Shown piece after piece: positions 1 to 8,595 of a stretch of 44,073 nucleotides of DNA. A model generated the notes under the pieces. It searched no databases. It was not told the origin of the DNA and saw only the letters and a list, made by a program, of their open reading frames with translations. A program made the position numbers and the translations under genes. The DNA comes from Acutalibacteraceae bacterium (GTDB taxonomy: Bacteria; Bacillota; Clostridia; Oscillospirales; Acutalibacteraceae), in contig JAZRFL010000028.1 of NCBI GenBank assembly GCA_045661365.1, positions 1-44,073 on the forward strand, in the 5' to 3' direction. Positions within the stretch are counted from its first letter, which is position 1, and every line of letters starts with the position of its first letter.

Positions 1-71
1 CCATTTGGACAAGAGCTTGTCGTTATAGTCCCGTTGGCCATACCCATTCAAGGTATGTGGATCGGGTCGGG

Positions 72-100
72 TTGATTTATTTTTTAAAATATGGTATACT
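72..100 (+). promoter_or_regulatory. SigA-type promoter TTGATT-N17-TATACT (TG-extended) for the SEDS/PBP operon
   Basis: TTGATT at 72-77, a 17-nt spacer, then TGgTATACT with TATACT at 95-100. The leader has a perfect 9-bp stem GGGTGACAG/CTGTCACCC (112-120/131-139). Confidence 0.55.
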
Positions 101-160
101 AAATAAGTAGCGGGTGACAGATGTAGGAATCTGTCACCCCATTTACCATCTCACAAGGAG

Positions 161-1819
161 GTGAACACGGTGGTTTACGGATTGATTTTGTTGCTTTCCC
201 GGTGGGTCTTGCCTGTACTTTCGTTATTGTTGGCAGTTTGCTGGGTGGTGAAGTTTCGCAACGCTCGGTTGCCACGAACGGCGCTGGCATATTTGGAGAC
301 TCGTAGCGGACAGATCTTGCCAATCTATGCCCGCGAAGGGTATATCGGTCGCAAGCGTTGGTGTGACGTGTGTTTGCCGTCGATCACCGTTTCGGGAAAA
401 CACGCCGTGTTTTTTGAACAAGAGGGCAAGTGGTTTTTGGCATCTGCCAAGGGTGCCGTGTATCACTGCAGTCGTCTATTGAAGCAAGCAACCTACATTG
501 CCGACGGGGATATGGTGGTCATAGCGGGGGAGGAACTGTTTTTTTACTATGGAGCACCTCAACCGATTTCACCGCCTGCTCCGGCTACCGGTGGCGGTAT
601 GCTGTGGGTGCTGACCGTGTTTCAGGGAATCATGACCCTACAGCTTTGTTTGCGGTTTGCCGATTCTCTTCCTGTTTTGTTGCCTGTTTGCACCGCTGTA
701 TTGGTAGTGGGACAATGGGTGTATTATTTTACTTGTCGATTCATGCATTCCAACTGTATGCTATGCGAAATACCCGTACTGTATCTGCTGACCCTTGGGC
801 TGGCGGTATGTACCTGTTCGGCACCGCAGGTGTTACCGAAGCAATTGATCTGCGGTATGCTTGGTGCGGTAGGATTTGTTTTGTTTACGTTGTTGCTGTG
901 CAAAGAGCAACTTTGTTATCGGTTGCGATACGGCATAGCCTTTTTGGCGGTAGTTGCCTTGTGGGGTACCGTAATGTTTGGTACGGTGATCAACGGCTCG
1001 CGTAACTGGTTGAGCTTTGGCGGATTGCTAACGGTACAGCCGTCGGAATTTGCCAAGGTCGCATTTTTGGCGGTGGGGGCATGTGCTTTGCACGTCGCCA
1101 CGAAAAAAATCGACCGTTTGTTCTTTTTGACTTTTTCCGCTTTGCTCATGGGGGCGCTGGTGCTCATGGTGGATTTTGGCGGGATTCTCATTTTTTTTGT
1201 TGCCATGTTGATTGTTTTGCTTATGCGGTTAATGCCCACTTGGACGGTGGTTGCCATGGCAGTAGGGGCGGTGATCGCCGGGGGCGTGGTGCTTTTACTG
1301 TTCCCTCATGTGGCACAACGGTTTGAAGCATGGCTTCACGTGTGGGAATACCCTGCTTCGTTAGGGTACCAGCAAACCCGTACCATGGTTGCCGCCGCCA
1401 GCGGTGGTCTGCTGGGGGTAGGAGGCGGCAACGGTACGCTGTTGTCGGTAGCCGCCGCCGACACCGATCTGGTATTTGGGGTACTGTGTGAGGAATGGGG
1501 CGGTATAATTGCTTTGTGCGCCGCCTTGTGTTTTGTGGCGTTGGGGATCTATGCCCTGCGAGTAGCCAAGGAATCGGGTAGTGCTTTTTACGCGATCGGT
1601 GCATGCGGTGCGGCGAGTATGATGATTTTTCAAACCGCGCTGAATGTATTCGGCTCGGTGGACTTGTTGCCGTTGACCGGTGTGACTATGATGTTCGTCA
1701 GTCGCGGCGGCACCAGTTTGATCGCCGCTTTTTTGATGATCGCATTGATTAAAGCTGCCGAATGCAAAGCAAGAAGTCGCTCGTACCGAGGGAGGGAATC
1801 GTATGAATCGCGTATTTAG
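161..1819 (+). CDS. FtsW/RodA/SpoVE-family (SEDS) glycosyltransferase with an N-terminal TM segment and FHA-like domain
   Basis: 552-aa ORF. The FHA-like stretch reads GRKRWCDVCL..VSGKHAVFFEQEGKWFL..DGDMVVIAGEELFFY and is followed by a roughly 10-TM SEDS-type core. AAGGAGG at 155-161 suggests the true start may be the in-frame GTG at 170. The 3' end overlaps the downstream PBP gene by 17 nt. Confidence 0.88.
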   Translation: MNTVVYGLILLLSRWVLPVLSLLLAVCWVVKFRNARLPRTALAYLETRSGQILPIYAREGYIGRKRWCDVCLPSITVSGKHAVFFEQEGKWFLASAKGAVYHCSRLLKQATYIADGDMVVIAGEELFFYYGAPQPISPPAPATGGGMLWVLTVFQGIMTLQLCLRFADSLPVLLPVCTAVLVVGQWVYYFTCRFMHSNCMLCEIPVLYLLTLGLAVCTCSAPQVLPKQLICGMLGAVGFVLFTLLLCKEQLCYRLRYGIAFLAVVALWGTVMFGTVINGSRNWLSFGGLLTVQPSEFAKVAFLAVGACALHVATKKIDRLFFLTFSALLMGALVLMVDFGGILIFFVAMLIVLLMRLMPTWTVVAMAVGAVIAGGVVLLLFPHVAQRFEAWLHVWEYPASLGYQQTRTMVAAASGGLLGVGGGNGTLLSVAAADTDLVFGVLCEEWGGIIALCAALCFVALGIYALRVAKESGSAFYAIGACGAASMMIFQTALNVFGSVDLLPLTGVTMMFVSRGGTSLIAAFLMIALIKAAECKARSRSYRGRESYESRI

Positions 1820-3143
1820 GAATTCTCTCAGCGTGCCGGCCTTGATTGTGGTGTTTTGCTTGGGATTGTTGTTGTTTTACGGCAGGTTGGCTTTTTACGG
1901 TCAAGAATGGGCGGCATATCCCACAAACGGTCATTTGTACAGCGATGGACGGTTGGTGCGTGCAGGTATGATTACCGACCGAAACGGGGAAATTTTGGCG
2001 CAAACGATAGACGGCAAACGGGTGTTTCACCAAGAGGCATCGATCCGTAAAGCCACCGCGCATGCAGTGGGCGACCTGCAGGGGTTTGTGTCCACCGGTG
2101 CCCATACCGCTTTTTGGCAACAATTGACCGGTTATGATTTGCTTAACGGCGTCTATACCTTCGCAGGAAAAGGACAAGATCTGCAATTGACCATAGATGC
2201 ACAGCTGTCCTTGATTGCGTACGAAGCCTTGGGCGATTATGCAGGAACGGTAGGGGTTGTGAATTACCAAACAGGGGAACTGCTTTGCATGGTCAGTACG
2301 CCCACCTTTGACCCTTCGCAAGTGTGTGACGAGGGAGAACGGGGTGTATACGTAAACCGTCTGCTTTCGGGTAGTTACGCACCCGGTTCGGTGTTTAAAT
2401 TGGTAACTGCGTTATCGGTGCTGGAGCATCGTACCGATGCCCCTGTTTTGAAGCACACTTGTAGCCGTGGGGTAACGTTAGGAGGAGAATGGCTCAGTTG
2501 CTTGGGCAACCACGGTCAATTGGATCTGACACAGTCGTTGGTTCGCTCTTGCAATGCCGCTTTTGCCCAGTACGGCGCCGACGTGGGACGAGAAGCCATG
2601 ACCGAAACCGCTCGGCGGTTGGGATGTGATCGGTCGGTGACCATCGACGGCATTTCGTGCCGTGCGGGAAGCTTTGCTATGGAACAAGCCAACGATATTG
2701 ATTTTGGCTGGTCGTGTATTGGTCAGCATCAAGACACGGTCAACCCATTTCAGTATTTGACCTTTATGGCCGCTATTGCAGGGAACGGCACCTGTGTGTG
2801 GCCCTATTTGATTCGCAATCTCGATAACAGTATTTCCAATGAGACCAGTCCGCGAGACGAAGAGTTGTTGGATTCGGCACACGCCAAAACCCTTTCGGAT
2901 ATGATGCGGGCGTGTGTTACCGAGCATTACGGAGAAGAACGATTTGGCGGACTGGAATTGTGTGCCAAAACCGGTACGGCAGAGGTAGGCGACCAAAATC
3001 CCCACTCGTGGTTTGTCGGTTTTTGCCGTAATCCCCGGAAACCGTATGCTTTTGTGGTGGTGGTAGAAAAAGCGGGGGCAGGCTTGGGAGAAGCCGCTAC
3101 CATAGCGGGAAAAGTGTTGCAAGCCGCTCCCAAAGCCGATTGA
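1803..3143 (+). CDS. Class B penicillin-binding protein (transpeptidase), PbpA-like partner of the SEDS protein
   Basis: 446-aa ORF with an N-terminal TM anchor and the motifs SxxK (SVFK), SxN (SCN) and KTG (KTGTAE). A GGAGGGA RBS precedes the ATG at 1803. Confidence 0.9.
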   Translation: MNRVFRNSLSVPALIVVFCLGLLLFYGRLAFYGQEWAAYPTNGHLYSDGRLVRAGMITDRNGEILAQTIDGKRVFHQEASIRKATAHAVGDLQGFVSTGAHTAFWQQLTGYDLLNGVYTFAGKGQDLQLTIDAQLSLIAYEALGDYAGTVGVVNYQTGELLCMVSTPTFDPSQVCDEGERGVYVNRLLSGSYAPGSVFKLVTALSVLEHRTDAPVLKHTCSRGVTLGGEWLSCLGNHGQLDLTQSLVRSCNAAFAQYGADVGREAMTETARRLGCDRSVTIDGISCRAGSFAMEQANDIDFGWSCIGQHQDTVNPFQYLTFMAAIAGNGTCVWPYLIRNLDNSISNETSPRDEELLDSAHAKTLSDMMRACVTEHYGEERFGGLELCAKTGTAEVGDQNPHSWFVGFCRNPRKPYAFVVVVEKAGAGLGEAATIAGKVLQAAPKAD

Positions 3144-3239
3144 TTGCCGAGTTGCATCATAAATATAGTAGGTGAAGGCAAGGTTGTTCCACAATATCTG
3201 CTTGTTTGAAAAAAACATGAAAAAACATGAAATTTTTTC

Positions 3240-3268
3240 TTGCATTTTGCAATGGTTTGTGGTATGAT
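3240..3268 (+). promoter_or_regulatory. SigA-type promoter TTGCAT-N17-TATGAT upstream of rpmE
   Basis: TTGCAT at 3240-3245, a 17-nt spacer ending in TGg, and TATGAT at 3263-3268. Confidence 0.6.
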
Positions 3269-3303
3269 ACTTGTCGATGGTTTAGACGAAAGAGGTGACA
3301 GGA

Positions 3304-3507
3304 ATGAAACAAGGAATTCATCCGAATTACGAAACGACCACCATTAAGTGTGCTTGCGGGAACGTGATCGAAACCCGCTCCACCAAAAAAGATCTCCATG
3401 TTGACATCTGCTCCAGCTGCCACCCCTTCTTTACCGGCAGACAGAAATTGGTCGACACCGGCGGTCGTGTTGAACGCTTTAACAAACGTTTCAACCTGGA
3501 CAAATAA
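3304..3507 (+). CDS. rpmE: 50S ribosomal protein L31, Zn-ribbon (type A) form
   Basis: [20 protein letters not shown]...[13 protein letters not shown] is the canonical L31 sequence with the CxC...CxxC cysteines. I used the ATG at 3304, after an AGAGGTGA RBS, rather than the ORF-track start at 3295. Confidence 0.95.
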   Translation: MKQGIHPNYETTTIKCACGNVIETRSTKKDLHVDICSSCHPFFTGRQKLVDTGGRVERFNKRFNLDK

Positions 3508-3519
3508 ATTTGCAAATGG

Positions 3520-3547
3520 CGATGCCCCCGGGCATCGTGTTTTGTTT
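3520..3547 (+). terminator. Rho-independent terminator after rpmE
   Basis: 7-bp GC-rich stem CGATGCC/GGCATCG with a 4-nt loop, followed by TGTTTTGTTT. Confidence 0.7.
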
Positions 3548-3567
3548 CAAAAGGAATCGGATATACA

Positions 3568-4218
3568 ATGGCTATGGAACAATACACTACCCTTGCCCGA
3601 GCGGGCGAGGGGGAATATGTGGAAAAACGCTCTCGGTTTATCGGTGTGGCGGCCCCTGTTTCCACTTCGGAAGAAGCGGCGGCATTGGTCAGCGAGATCA
3701 AAGCAAAATACTATGATGCACGGCATCATTGCTATGCGTATCGCCTGCGGGACGGAGGACAACGCTACGCCGACGACGGGGAACCCCAAGGTACGGCGGG
3801 CTTGCCAATTTTGGATATTTTGGAACGGCGAGATTTGACCGACTGTATTATTATTGTAACCCGTTACTTTGGCGGTACGCTGTTGGGAACAGGGGGACTG
3901 GTACGGTCGTATTCTGCGGCGGCGGCCGACGCACTTGCCAATGCGGCTTTGCTGACCATGCAACAATATATTAAAGGTACCTTTTCTTGCCGTTACCCCA
4001 TGCAGGGACGGTTGCAACCCTTGGTAGAGCAATACGAAGGGCTAATGGAGCAAATTGATTATACCGAGCAGGTGACATTTTCGTTTTTGTTGCCGATCGC
4101 CCGCCAACAAGCCTTTGCCGAGGCCCTTCGGGAGATGAGCTACGGCGAGGTGACTGTCACCTTTGGCGAAACGTTGTACGGCGGTGCGGCTGAGGGTAAG
4201 TGGTTTTCTGCCCCTTGA
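3568..4218 (+). CDS. YigZ / IMPACT-family (UPF0029) protein
   Basis: 216-aa ORF with the family-typical KSRFIG and ARHHCYAYRL motifs, an IMPACT N-domain and a DUF1949-like C-terminal half. Confidence 0.8.
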   Translation: MAMEQYTTLARAGEGEYVEKRSRFIGVAAPVSTSEEAAALVSEIKAKYYDARHHCYAYRLRDGGQRYADDGEPQGTAGLPILDILERRDLTDCIIIVTRYFGGTLLGTGGLVRSYSAAAADALANAALLTMQQYIKGTFSCRYPMQGRLQPLVEQYEGLMEQIDYTEQVTFSFLLPIARQQAFAEALREMSYGEVTVTFGETLYGGAAEGKWFSAP

Positions 4219-4243
4219 CATTTTTCGACAAAAATAGTATGAT
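4215..4243 (+). promoter_or_regulatory. SigA-type promoter TTGACA-N17-TATGAT
   Basis: TTGACA at 4215-4220 overlaps the yigZ-like stop codon. A 17-nt spacer leads to TATGAT at 4238-4243. A GGGAGG RBS precedes the ATG at 4277. Confidence 0.6.
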
Positions 4244-4276
4244 AAATTTAACCGATTTAAGGGAGGAATTTTCATT

Positions 4277-5578
4277 ATGAAACGATTACTCAGCTTGACT
4301 TTGATTATGACCTTGCTTATGGCAACGTTCGGCTTGACCGCTAACGTGTCTGCCGCCGAGCCCGACGTGTTTATGCTGTATGACGGCGAGCGAGATGACG
4401 GGAACGGTTTCCAAAACCCTTGGGGCGAATTGGCAGGGTATGACGATATGTATTTTGTGGAGGGCACTTGCGGTTATGCGGTGCAATCCTTCTTTAACGG
4501 TGCATATTTCTTCCAAAACACCGGCACGTATTTGGGATTGAACGAAGGAGAAGGCGTTGACCTTTCGGGTTATGACTACATTGAGTTTGACATTATGTCT
4601 TACTACGACATGGTAGGACATTTAGAGTTGTCCTTGGTTCGCAACACGGCGGCACACCACGGCAGCGATATGGAACTGTATAATATGTATTTCCCTGCCG
4701 AAACCTTTGTGCACGTAAAGTTGCCCCTAAAGGATTTTATTACCCGCGATATGGATCATCGTGATTTGTGGGACACCCAAGAAACTTTTAATCTCGAAGA
4801 CTTTGCCCATTTTTCCGGCTATGCCATTGACCACGTGGAACGGATCCGCTTCCAGTTGACTTATTGCAAAACCTTGGACGGTCAAGATTGTGATGATATT
4901 TACCTTGTATTTGACAACGTAACCGCTACCAAAAACGGAGCGACCCATACGCACGGTGGTAGTCAACCGGAAGTGAAGGCGATCCAAACGTACGAGGATT
5001 TTTTGGCAGAAGACAATGCGAAAAAGGTAACCTTCCAAATCAATAACCTGCCTGCCTCCCCGGTGCTGGCCGATGAAGCCACCGTTGTGGCAGTACGTCA
5101 AGCGTACGATGCTTTGTCCGACCATGGAAAATCTATGGTTACCAACTATTCCGTTCTTGTGGCCGCTGAATCCAAAATTGCCGAATTAAAAGCCGCCGCA
5201 GCCGAGGATATTGCCGCCGCGCAGGTGGTAATCGAGCAAATTGATGCTTTGCAAGCAGGCGATACCGCCGCCATCGCCGCCGCCCGTGCGGCCTATGACG
5301 CATTGACAGATGCACAAAAAGAGTTCGTGACCAATCTGGCGCGGTTAGAAGAATTAGAAAACACCGCCTTGGATTACGGCAACGTAGACGGTCAAGGGGA
5401 ACCCAATGCAGCCGACGCTTTGCTCATACTGAAATCAGTGGTAGGTAAAGTGGCTTTGACACCCGATCAAGCTCGTTTGGCAGACGTAGACGGCAATGGT
5501 TTGGCCAATGCTACCGATGCTTTGATCGTTTTGCAATATACCGTAGGGAAAATTGACAAATTTCCGGTAGAAGGATAA
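4277..5578 (+). CDS. Secreted dockerin protein: unknown beta-sandwich-like N-domain, two helical AYDALT-type repeats, C-terminal dockerin
   Basis: Signal peptide MKRLLSLTLIMTLLMATFGLTANVSAA. Repeats VRQAYDALSDHGKSMVTNY and ARAAYDALTDAQKEFVTNLARLEELE. The C-terminus has duplicated Ca-loop/helix segments DGQGEPNAADALLILKSVVG and DVDGNGLANATDALIVLQYTVG. Confidence 0.85.
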   Translation: MKRLLSLTLIMTLLMATFGLTANVSAAEPDVFMLYDGERDDGNGFQNPWGELAGYDDMYFVEGTCGYAVQSFFNGAYFFQNTGTYLGLNEGEGVDLSGYDYIEFDIMSYYDMVGHLELSLVRNTAAHHGSDMELYNMYFPAETFVHVKLPLKDFITRDMDHRDLWDTQETFNLEDFAHFSGYAIDHVERIRFQLTYCKTLDGQDCDDIYLVFDNVTATKNGATHTHGGSQPEVKAIQTYEDFLAEDNAKKVTFQINNLPASPVLADEATVVAVRQAYDALSDHGKSMVTNYSVLVAAESKIAELKAAAAEDIAAAQVVIEQIDALQAGDTAAIAAARAAYDALTDAQKEFVTNLARLEELENTALDYGNVDGQGEPNAADALLILKSVVGKVALTPDQARLADVDGNGLANATDALIVLQYTVGKIDKFPVEG

Positions 5579-5612
5579 GCACGTGATCTTGCGAACGTAA
5601 ATTGTATTTGAA

Positions 5613-5650
5613 ACACCCTTACTTGGTGGTACAAGTAAGGGTGTTTTTTG
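5613..5650 (+). terminator. Rho-independent terminator
   Basis: 13-bp perfect stem ACACCCTTACTTG/CAAGTAAGGGTGT (5613-5625/5632-5644), loop GTGGTA, then TTTTT. Confidence 0.85.
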
Positions 5651-6050
5651 ATGGTGAAAGATGATTTGAATGGGAAAATTTGCTGTTTTCCCTTTGAAAA
5701 AACAGACAAAGTGGAGAAAAAACGGTGAAATTTTCAACTTTTGGTTATTTTGTGGAAAAATTTTTTAACCAAAAAGGACGAGGTTTTCCATGAATTCAAC
5801 CTAAAAAAACGGATATGAGCACGCCGATTGTTCAAAATAAACAAAAACCTCTTTTGGTTTATGCTATGAGTTGGTCAATATTTTTGTTGTGGTTGTATTT
5901 GAAAATAAAGAAAACGGAAGAAAAATAAAGAAATAACAAGAAACAAAAAGAAAACAGATTAAAATAATGAATCTTTTAGGGCAGCGAAATATCTTCGTCA
6001 AATCGCCACAAGCCTTGTGGTTTTAAAATGTGTAAACACAAGATATAGAA

Positions 6051-6086
6051 AAGGTTACAACTTTGTAACCTTTATATTTCTTTTTT
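6051..6086 (+). terminator. Terminator-like hairpin inside the long noncoding spacer
   Basis: Arms AAGGTTACAA/TTGTAACCTT (6051-6060/6063-6072) followed by the T-rich TATATTTCTTTTTT. It is not attached to any annotated gene. Confidence 0.45.
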
Positions 6087-6135
6087 CGCAAAATAAATTC
6101 GTGAAATCCTACAAAAATTAATTGGAACAATGTGG

Positions 6136-6164
6136 TTGACAAATCCAAAACACCTGCATATAAT
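6136..6164 (+). promoter_or_regulatory. Consensus SigA promoter TTGACA-N17-TATAAT for the YabE-like gene
   Basis: TTGACA at 6136-6141, exactly 17 nt of spacer, and TATAAT at 6159-6164. This leaves a leader of about 85 nt containing a GGTTCG...CGAACC stem. Confidence 0.7.
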
Positions 6165-6255
6165 TCCCATGGTTCGGTAAAAATAGCCTTGCAGAGCGAT
6201 TTTTCCGATTGTTTGACTCCAAGCGAACCACTATGAAAGGTGATTTGGTATATTT

Positions 6256-7335
6256 ATGAAACGTATTGTACAATGGGTGGCAGACAAACAACTGACCAAA
6301 CGGCAAATGGTATCTTACGTTTGTGTATTTGGTTTGATCATGGCCACCATGGGACTGCTTGCTACCGGTGCGACCCGTCGGTTGACCGTGTTTTATAACA
6401 GTCGTTGTCAAGTAGTTCATTCTTTACACGCCCCCGATCAAGCATTGCAAAACATGGGGATTCCCACCCACAGCGGCTACGACGTACGCCATACCGACGA
6501 CGGTACGGTGTTGCGGGTCGGTCCCGAGCTACGGGTAAGTGTGACTGCCGACGGTATGACCCGTAGCGTGATTACCCGTACCGACCGCGTGGAAAACGTA
6601 TTGGCAGAAATGGGCATTGTTTTGTCGGCAGACGACTTGGTACTGCCTGCCAGACAAACCATTTTGTCCCAAGACACCCAAATCACGGTACAACGTGTTA
6701 CTTACCGTGAAGAGGTACGAAATGAACTGATTTCTTTCGAAACGGTTTACGAGCCTACCGAAACCTTGCCTGTTGGGTCCGAGCAGATCAAAAGCCGTGG
6801 ATTAAACGGGAACAATCAAGTGACCTACTGTCAAAAATTCGTGGACGGTCAATTGGTTTCCGAAACGGCGGTAGCTACCTTGGCGGTTCGCCACACCAAA
6901 GCACAAGTGGTGTTAAAGGGAACGGCCCCCAAAGAATGGTTTGATCCCAAAGCTACCACCAATGCTGCCATCAATAGCCAATTGATCTCAAAATTGGAAA
7001 TGGAAAGCCCCATTGCCGTAGACCAAAACGGAGTGCCGCTTTCCTATAAGCAATGCATCAAAGGGTTGGCAACCGCATATTCCGGTCCTCCCACCGATTT
7101 TACCGCCATGGGTACCCGTGTGCAGGTAGGTTACGTAGCGGTGGATCCCAAAGAGATCCCCTACGGTACCATGCTGTTTATTCGTACGCCAGACAATCGG
7201 TATATTTACGGCGTTGCCAAGGCAATGGACACCGGTGGATTTATTTCCGGTCCGGTTACGGTCGACCTGTTTTTTACCACCGAAGAACAATGTGAACGCT
7301 TTGGCGTGCGCAACGTAGAAATTTACGTGTTGTAA
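6256..7335 (+). CDS. YabE-like cell-wall protein (TM anchor, DUF348-like, G5, C-terminal 3D domain)
   Basis: 359-aa ORF. The G5-like segment is YREEVRNELISFETVYEPTETLPVGSEQIKSRGLNGNNQVTY. The 3D-like C-terminus is GYVAVDPKEIPYGTMLFI...AKAMDTGG...VDLFF. Confidence 0.8.
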   Translation: MKRIVQWVADKQLTKRQMVSYVCVFGLIMATMGLLATGATRRLTVFYNSRCQVVHSLHAPDQALQNMGIPTHSGYDVRHTDDGTVLRVGPELRVSVTADGMTRSVITRTDRVENVLAEMGIVLSADDLVLPARQTILSQDTQITVQRVTYREEVRNELISFETVYEPTETLPVGSEQIKSRGLNGNNQVTYCQKFVDGQLVSETAVATLAVRHTKAQVVLKGTAPKEWFDPKATTNAAINSQLISKLEMESPIAVDQNGVPLSYKQCIKGLATAYSGPPTDFTAMGTRVQVGYVAVDPKEIPYGTMLFIRTPDNRYIYGVAKAMDTGGFISGPVTVDLFFTTEEQCERFGVRNVEIYVL

Positions 7336-7348
7336 TTTCATTGATTTC

Positions 7349-7388
7349 AATCACCGCCGGCCGTGCGCTTGCGGTGATTTTATTTTTT
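7349..7388 (+). terminator. Rho-independent terminator
   Basis: Stem AATCACCGC/GCGGTGATT (7349-7357/7371-7379) followed by TTATTTTTT. Confidence 0.75.
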
Positions 7389-7399
7389 AAAGAAACTCT

Positions 7400-7427
7400 T
7401 TGTTTTTTTGTCGAATTGTGGTATACT
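7400..7427 (+). promoter_or_regulatory. Putative SigA promoter TTGTTT-N16-TGgTATACT
   Basis: TATACT at 7422-7427 has a TG extension. The -35 element TTGTTT at 7400-7405 is weak. Confidence 0.45.
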
Positions 7428-7463
7428 GAATCCATGAACTATGAAATAAGAAGAGAGTAGCAT

Positions 7464-8585
7464 ATGGAGCAATTACAATTTTGTGCCCCTTGTTTGTTTG
7501 GATTAGAGGGGTTGTTGGCAGAGGAACTGCGGAAAATCGAGGCCGCCAACGTGCAAGCCGAAAACGGGCGGGTACTGTTTGCCGGTGACCAAGCCTTGTT
7601 GGCACGCGCCAACTTGTGGCTTCGTACTGCCGAACGGGTAGAAATTTTGGTGGGCAGTTTTACTGCCAAAAGCTTTGAAGAACTGTTTCAAGGGGTCAAA
7701 GCGTTGCCGTGGGAGCGATTCATCGGCAAGCAAGACGCCTTCCCCGTGAAGGGGTGGTCGTTGAATTCGACTCTTCACAGCATTCCCGATTGCCAATCCA
7801 TCATCAAAAAAGCAGTGGTGGATCGCTTAAGCGGCGCTTACGGAATTGGTTGGTTTGAAGAAGACGGGCCCACCGTACCCATTCGTTTTTCTATTTTAAA
7901 AGACAAGGTTTCGGTTATGATCGACACGTCGGGAGTCGGACTGCACAAGCGGGGTTACCGTGCCAATGCGTCCGAGGCACCTATTAAAGAGACCTTGGCG
8001 GCGGCTATGGTCATGTTGGCTCGTCCTTATGACGATTCGGTGTTGTACGATCCGTTTTGCGGATCGGGTACGGTGTTGATCGAGGGTGCGTTGCAAGCGG
8101 TCAACGTGGCACCGGGATTGAAACGGCGATTTATGGCAGAATCTTGGAACACCATTCCGCAAACGGTATGGCAACAAGAGCGTACCCGTGCCATGGATTC
8201 CATTCGCCGTGAGGTGACCTTTCGCTGTGTGGGAAGCGACATAGACCCCGCCATGAGAGAGCTGGCGCTTGCCAATGCTAAAAAAGCGGGGGTGGCAGGT
8301 CGTTTGAGTGTGACCACCGCCGAGGTAAAAGATTTTGCCCCCGACACTCCGCGGGGCATCGTGGTGACCAATCCCCCTTATGGAGAACGGTTGCTGGACA
8401 TAGAGCAAGCCCGTTCGCTCTATCGGCAAATGGGAAAGGTCATGACCCAAAAGCCGGGTTGGCGATATGGGATTATAAGTCCCGATGAAGAATTTCAACG
8501 CTTTTTTGGACGGGATGCCGACAAAAAACGAAAGCTGTACAACGGTATGCTTAAATGCAATTTGTATTTGTATTTTAAAGGGTAG
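7464..8585 (+). CDS. THUMP-domain class I SAM-dependent RNA methyltransferase (RlmL/YpsC-like)
   Basis: 373-aa ORF with a THUMP-like N-half, a SAM-binding DPFCGSGT motif and a catalytic NPPYGERL motif. Confidence 0.85.
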   Translation: MEQLQFCAPCLFGLEGLLAEELRKIEAANVQAENGRVLFAGDQALLARANLWLRTAERVEILVGSFTAKSFEELFQGVKALPWERFIGKQDAFPVKGWSLNSTLHSIPDCQSIIKKAVVDRLSGAYGIGWFEEDGPTVPIRFSILKDKVSVMIDTSGVGLHKRGYRANASEAPIKETLAAAMVMLARPYDDSVLYDPFCGSGTVLIEGALQAVNVAPGLKRRFMAESWNTIPQTVWQQERTRAMDSIRREVTFRCVGSDIDPAMRELALANAKKAGVAGRLSVTTAEVKDFAPDTPRGIVVTNPPYGERLLDIEQARSLYRQMGKVMTQKPGWRYGIISPDEEFQRFFGRDADKKRKLYNGMLKCNLYLYFKG

Positions 8586-8595
8586 GCGAAGTGAC

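Noticed and set aside
1-71. A minus-strand reading frame open to the window edge (…PHTLNGYGQRDYNDKLLSKW) that could be the 5' end of a divergent gene.
   Set aside because: There is no ATG/GTG start with an RBS in the available sequence, and 20 codons are too few for any family call.
430-1604. Alternative-frame ORFs inside the SEDS gene (430-1005 plus strand, 916-1257 minus strand, 1221-1604 minus strand) and similar overlaps inside other genes.
   Set aside because: They are embedded in genes with strong family signatures, and their compositions are skewed (R/G/C-rich), as is typical of off-frame translation.
3211-3230. Exact tandem 10-mer AAAAACATGA x2 just upstream of the rpmE promoter.
   Set aside because: It matches no regulator motif that I know. 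It is not Zur-box-like, and this rpmE is the Zn-ribbon type, which is not normally Zur-controlled. It is an A-rich UP-element-like sequence that could arise by chance.
6165-6255. Possible c-di-AMP (ydaO-type) riboswitch upstream of the YabE-like wall protein gene.
   Set aside because: This riboswitch class often precedes cell-wall remodelling genes. However, the 85-nt leader is too short, and I could not find the conserved ACGGGG/GGGGUGAAUCC/CCGAAUCC-type elements. Only a simple GGTTCG/CGAACC stem is present.
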